Source of the DNA: Mobula birostris
Lineage: Eukaryota
Assembly (NCBI RefSeq): GCF_030028105.1
Contig: NC_092380.1
Span: 12,675,123-12,739,122 of the forward strand
DNA length: 64,000 nt
Direction: 5' to 3'
In this document: one piece after another, positions 62,901 to 64,000 of the stretch
Numbering within the stretch: position 1 is the stretch's first letter
Layout of the letters: each line of letters opens with the position of its first letter
The notes under the pieces: generated by a model
What the model saw: only the letters and a program-made list of their open reading frames with translations
Told to the model about the DNA's origin: nothing
The model's database searches: none
Made by a program: the position numbers and the translations under genes

Positions 62901-63370
62901 GGGGGGGGGGGAGGGGATCCGGGGAGGGAAAATAAAGGAGGAAAGAGAGAGGGAGGGAAAAGAGAGAAGGGGAGGAAAGAGAGAGAATAGAGGGAAAGGA
63001 GGGAAGCTGGAAGGGGGTAAGGGTGAAGGGTAGGGAGCGAAGAGAGGGGAAGGTAAGGTAAAAGAGGGGGAGGGAGGGAAAAGAAAGAAGGGGAGGAAAG
63101 AGAAAGAAAGGGGAGGGAAAGAATGGAGAGAGAGGGAAACTGGAAGGGGAGAGTAGGGGTGAAGGAGGGAGGGAAGAGGAGGGGGAAGGTTGAAGGGGAG
63201 AGGGAGGGGGAAGGAGAGAGAGGGAGTGAGAAGGGTAGGGAGGGAAAAGGGATGGCTGGAAAGTAGAAGGGGAAAGAGGGAACAGGGAAGGAAGGAGAGG
63301 CAAGGGAGGGCCTTGAGGCAGGGAAGAAAGTTGGGCTGAGAAGGAAGGGAGAGAAGGGAAGGGGATGGGG
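62895..63370. repeat. Polypurine (GA-rich) low-complexity tract
   Basis: About 470 bp of nearly pure G/A on the + strand. Confidence 0.9.
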
Positions 63371-64000
63371 AGCTGCAGAAAATGGACAGTTGATGGGAAA
63401 TTGGGGTTAATAAAATAGGTGCTTGAAGTGCAGTGTGGATTCAGTTGTTTAAGTATTTCCAAGGTGTATGGCTATACTGTAATATTTCCAGAGTGTCCAT
63501 TTGGCTAAGAACCTGGTGGTTATATCAACCAAATTCTTTGCTCTCTGTGATAAGAGTCTTCTCTAACTTCTCTATGGATGTTTAACTCAGTTACGGTGAC
63601 CAGTTATCTGTCATCATAACAATATTCCAAATGATGAATTCATTTAATAACTGGATCATGTTCATCGTTTTCAACCTACCTGCTGCTGTTAGAATCAGTT
63701 GTGAAACTATTTGGACTCATTATTTCTATTGGATCTAGTATTAATGTTTGACATTGTAACAGGTTTAAGCAATCAGTTCCCCCATAATTTGTTCTGGCAA
63801 TCATATTATCTCTACCATTTGGATTTTTTTTTTGTCAGCAGTATCTTTAGATGGCTGCATTTTCTTGGGCACCCATTGTTTGTCGCTAAGAAAACGCTAT
63901 CAGCAAATATATTCCAGAAAGCTATCCTATTGTACACCACCTCCAATGACCTTCTCTGTAAAGTTCTTCAATCAGATTCAGGTTTAATATCACCAGCATA

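Noticed and set aside
62755-63125. ISRE- or NF-kB-like motifs in the sacsin-like promoter
   Set aside because: GAAANNGAAA matches arise trivially in the polypurine tract, and GGGATTTACC is imperfect and overlaps the splice donor. They are not usable as evidence of interferon induction.
61776-63462. Long ORFs of 404, 323 and 263 aa rich in Pro/His/Ser/Leu
   Set aside because: They are translations of G-poor and purine-only low-complexity repeats that rarely form stop codons; there is no evidence of coding.

Overview
This is eukaryotic, intron-containing vertebrate DNA, very probably from an elasmobranch (ray or shark). That assignment is inferred from the repeat landscape: V-SINE/HE1-like SINEs, CR1, Rex/Babar and Penelope elements. 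Two minus-strand genes can be assembled with GT/AG sites and consistent phases. (1) A sacsin-like gene has 7 coding exons (53102-53035, 49266-49179, 46737-46626, 40976-40830, 40480-39010, 34685-34597, 32841-21839), giving 12978 nt and 4325 aa. It has a probable non-coding exon 1 and CpG promoter near 62.8 kb. It carries three Hsp90-like sacsin repeats, a J domain and a C-terminal HEPN domain, but no N-terminal ubiquitin-like domain. (2) The 5' part of a GARIN/FAM71-family gene has exons at 11859-11819, 9155-8990 and 5152-4935; the rest probably lies off the left edge. The remainder is transposon-rich: CR1, Rex/Babar, RTE and Vingi-like LINEs, Penelope elements with minimal hammerhead ribozyme motifs and inverted terminal repeats, Chapaev3-like DNA transposon relics, Tc1 and hAT MITEs, and SINEs. 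Most short ORFs in the supplied track are TE fragments or noise. Repeat-family assignments are from recalled motifs, not database searches, and repeat boundaries are approximate unless termini or TSDs are given.
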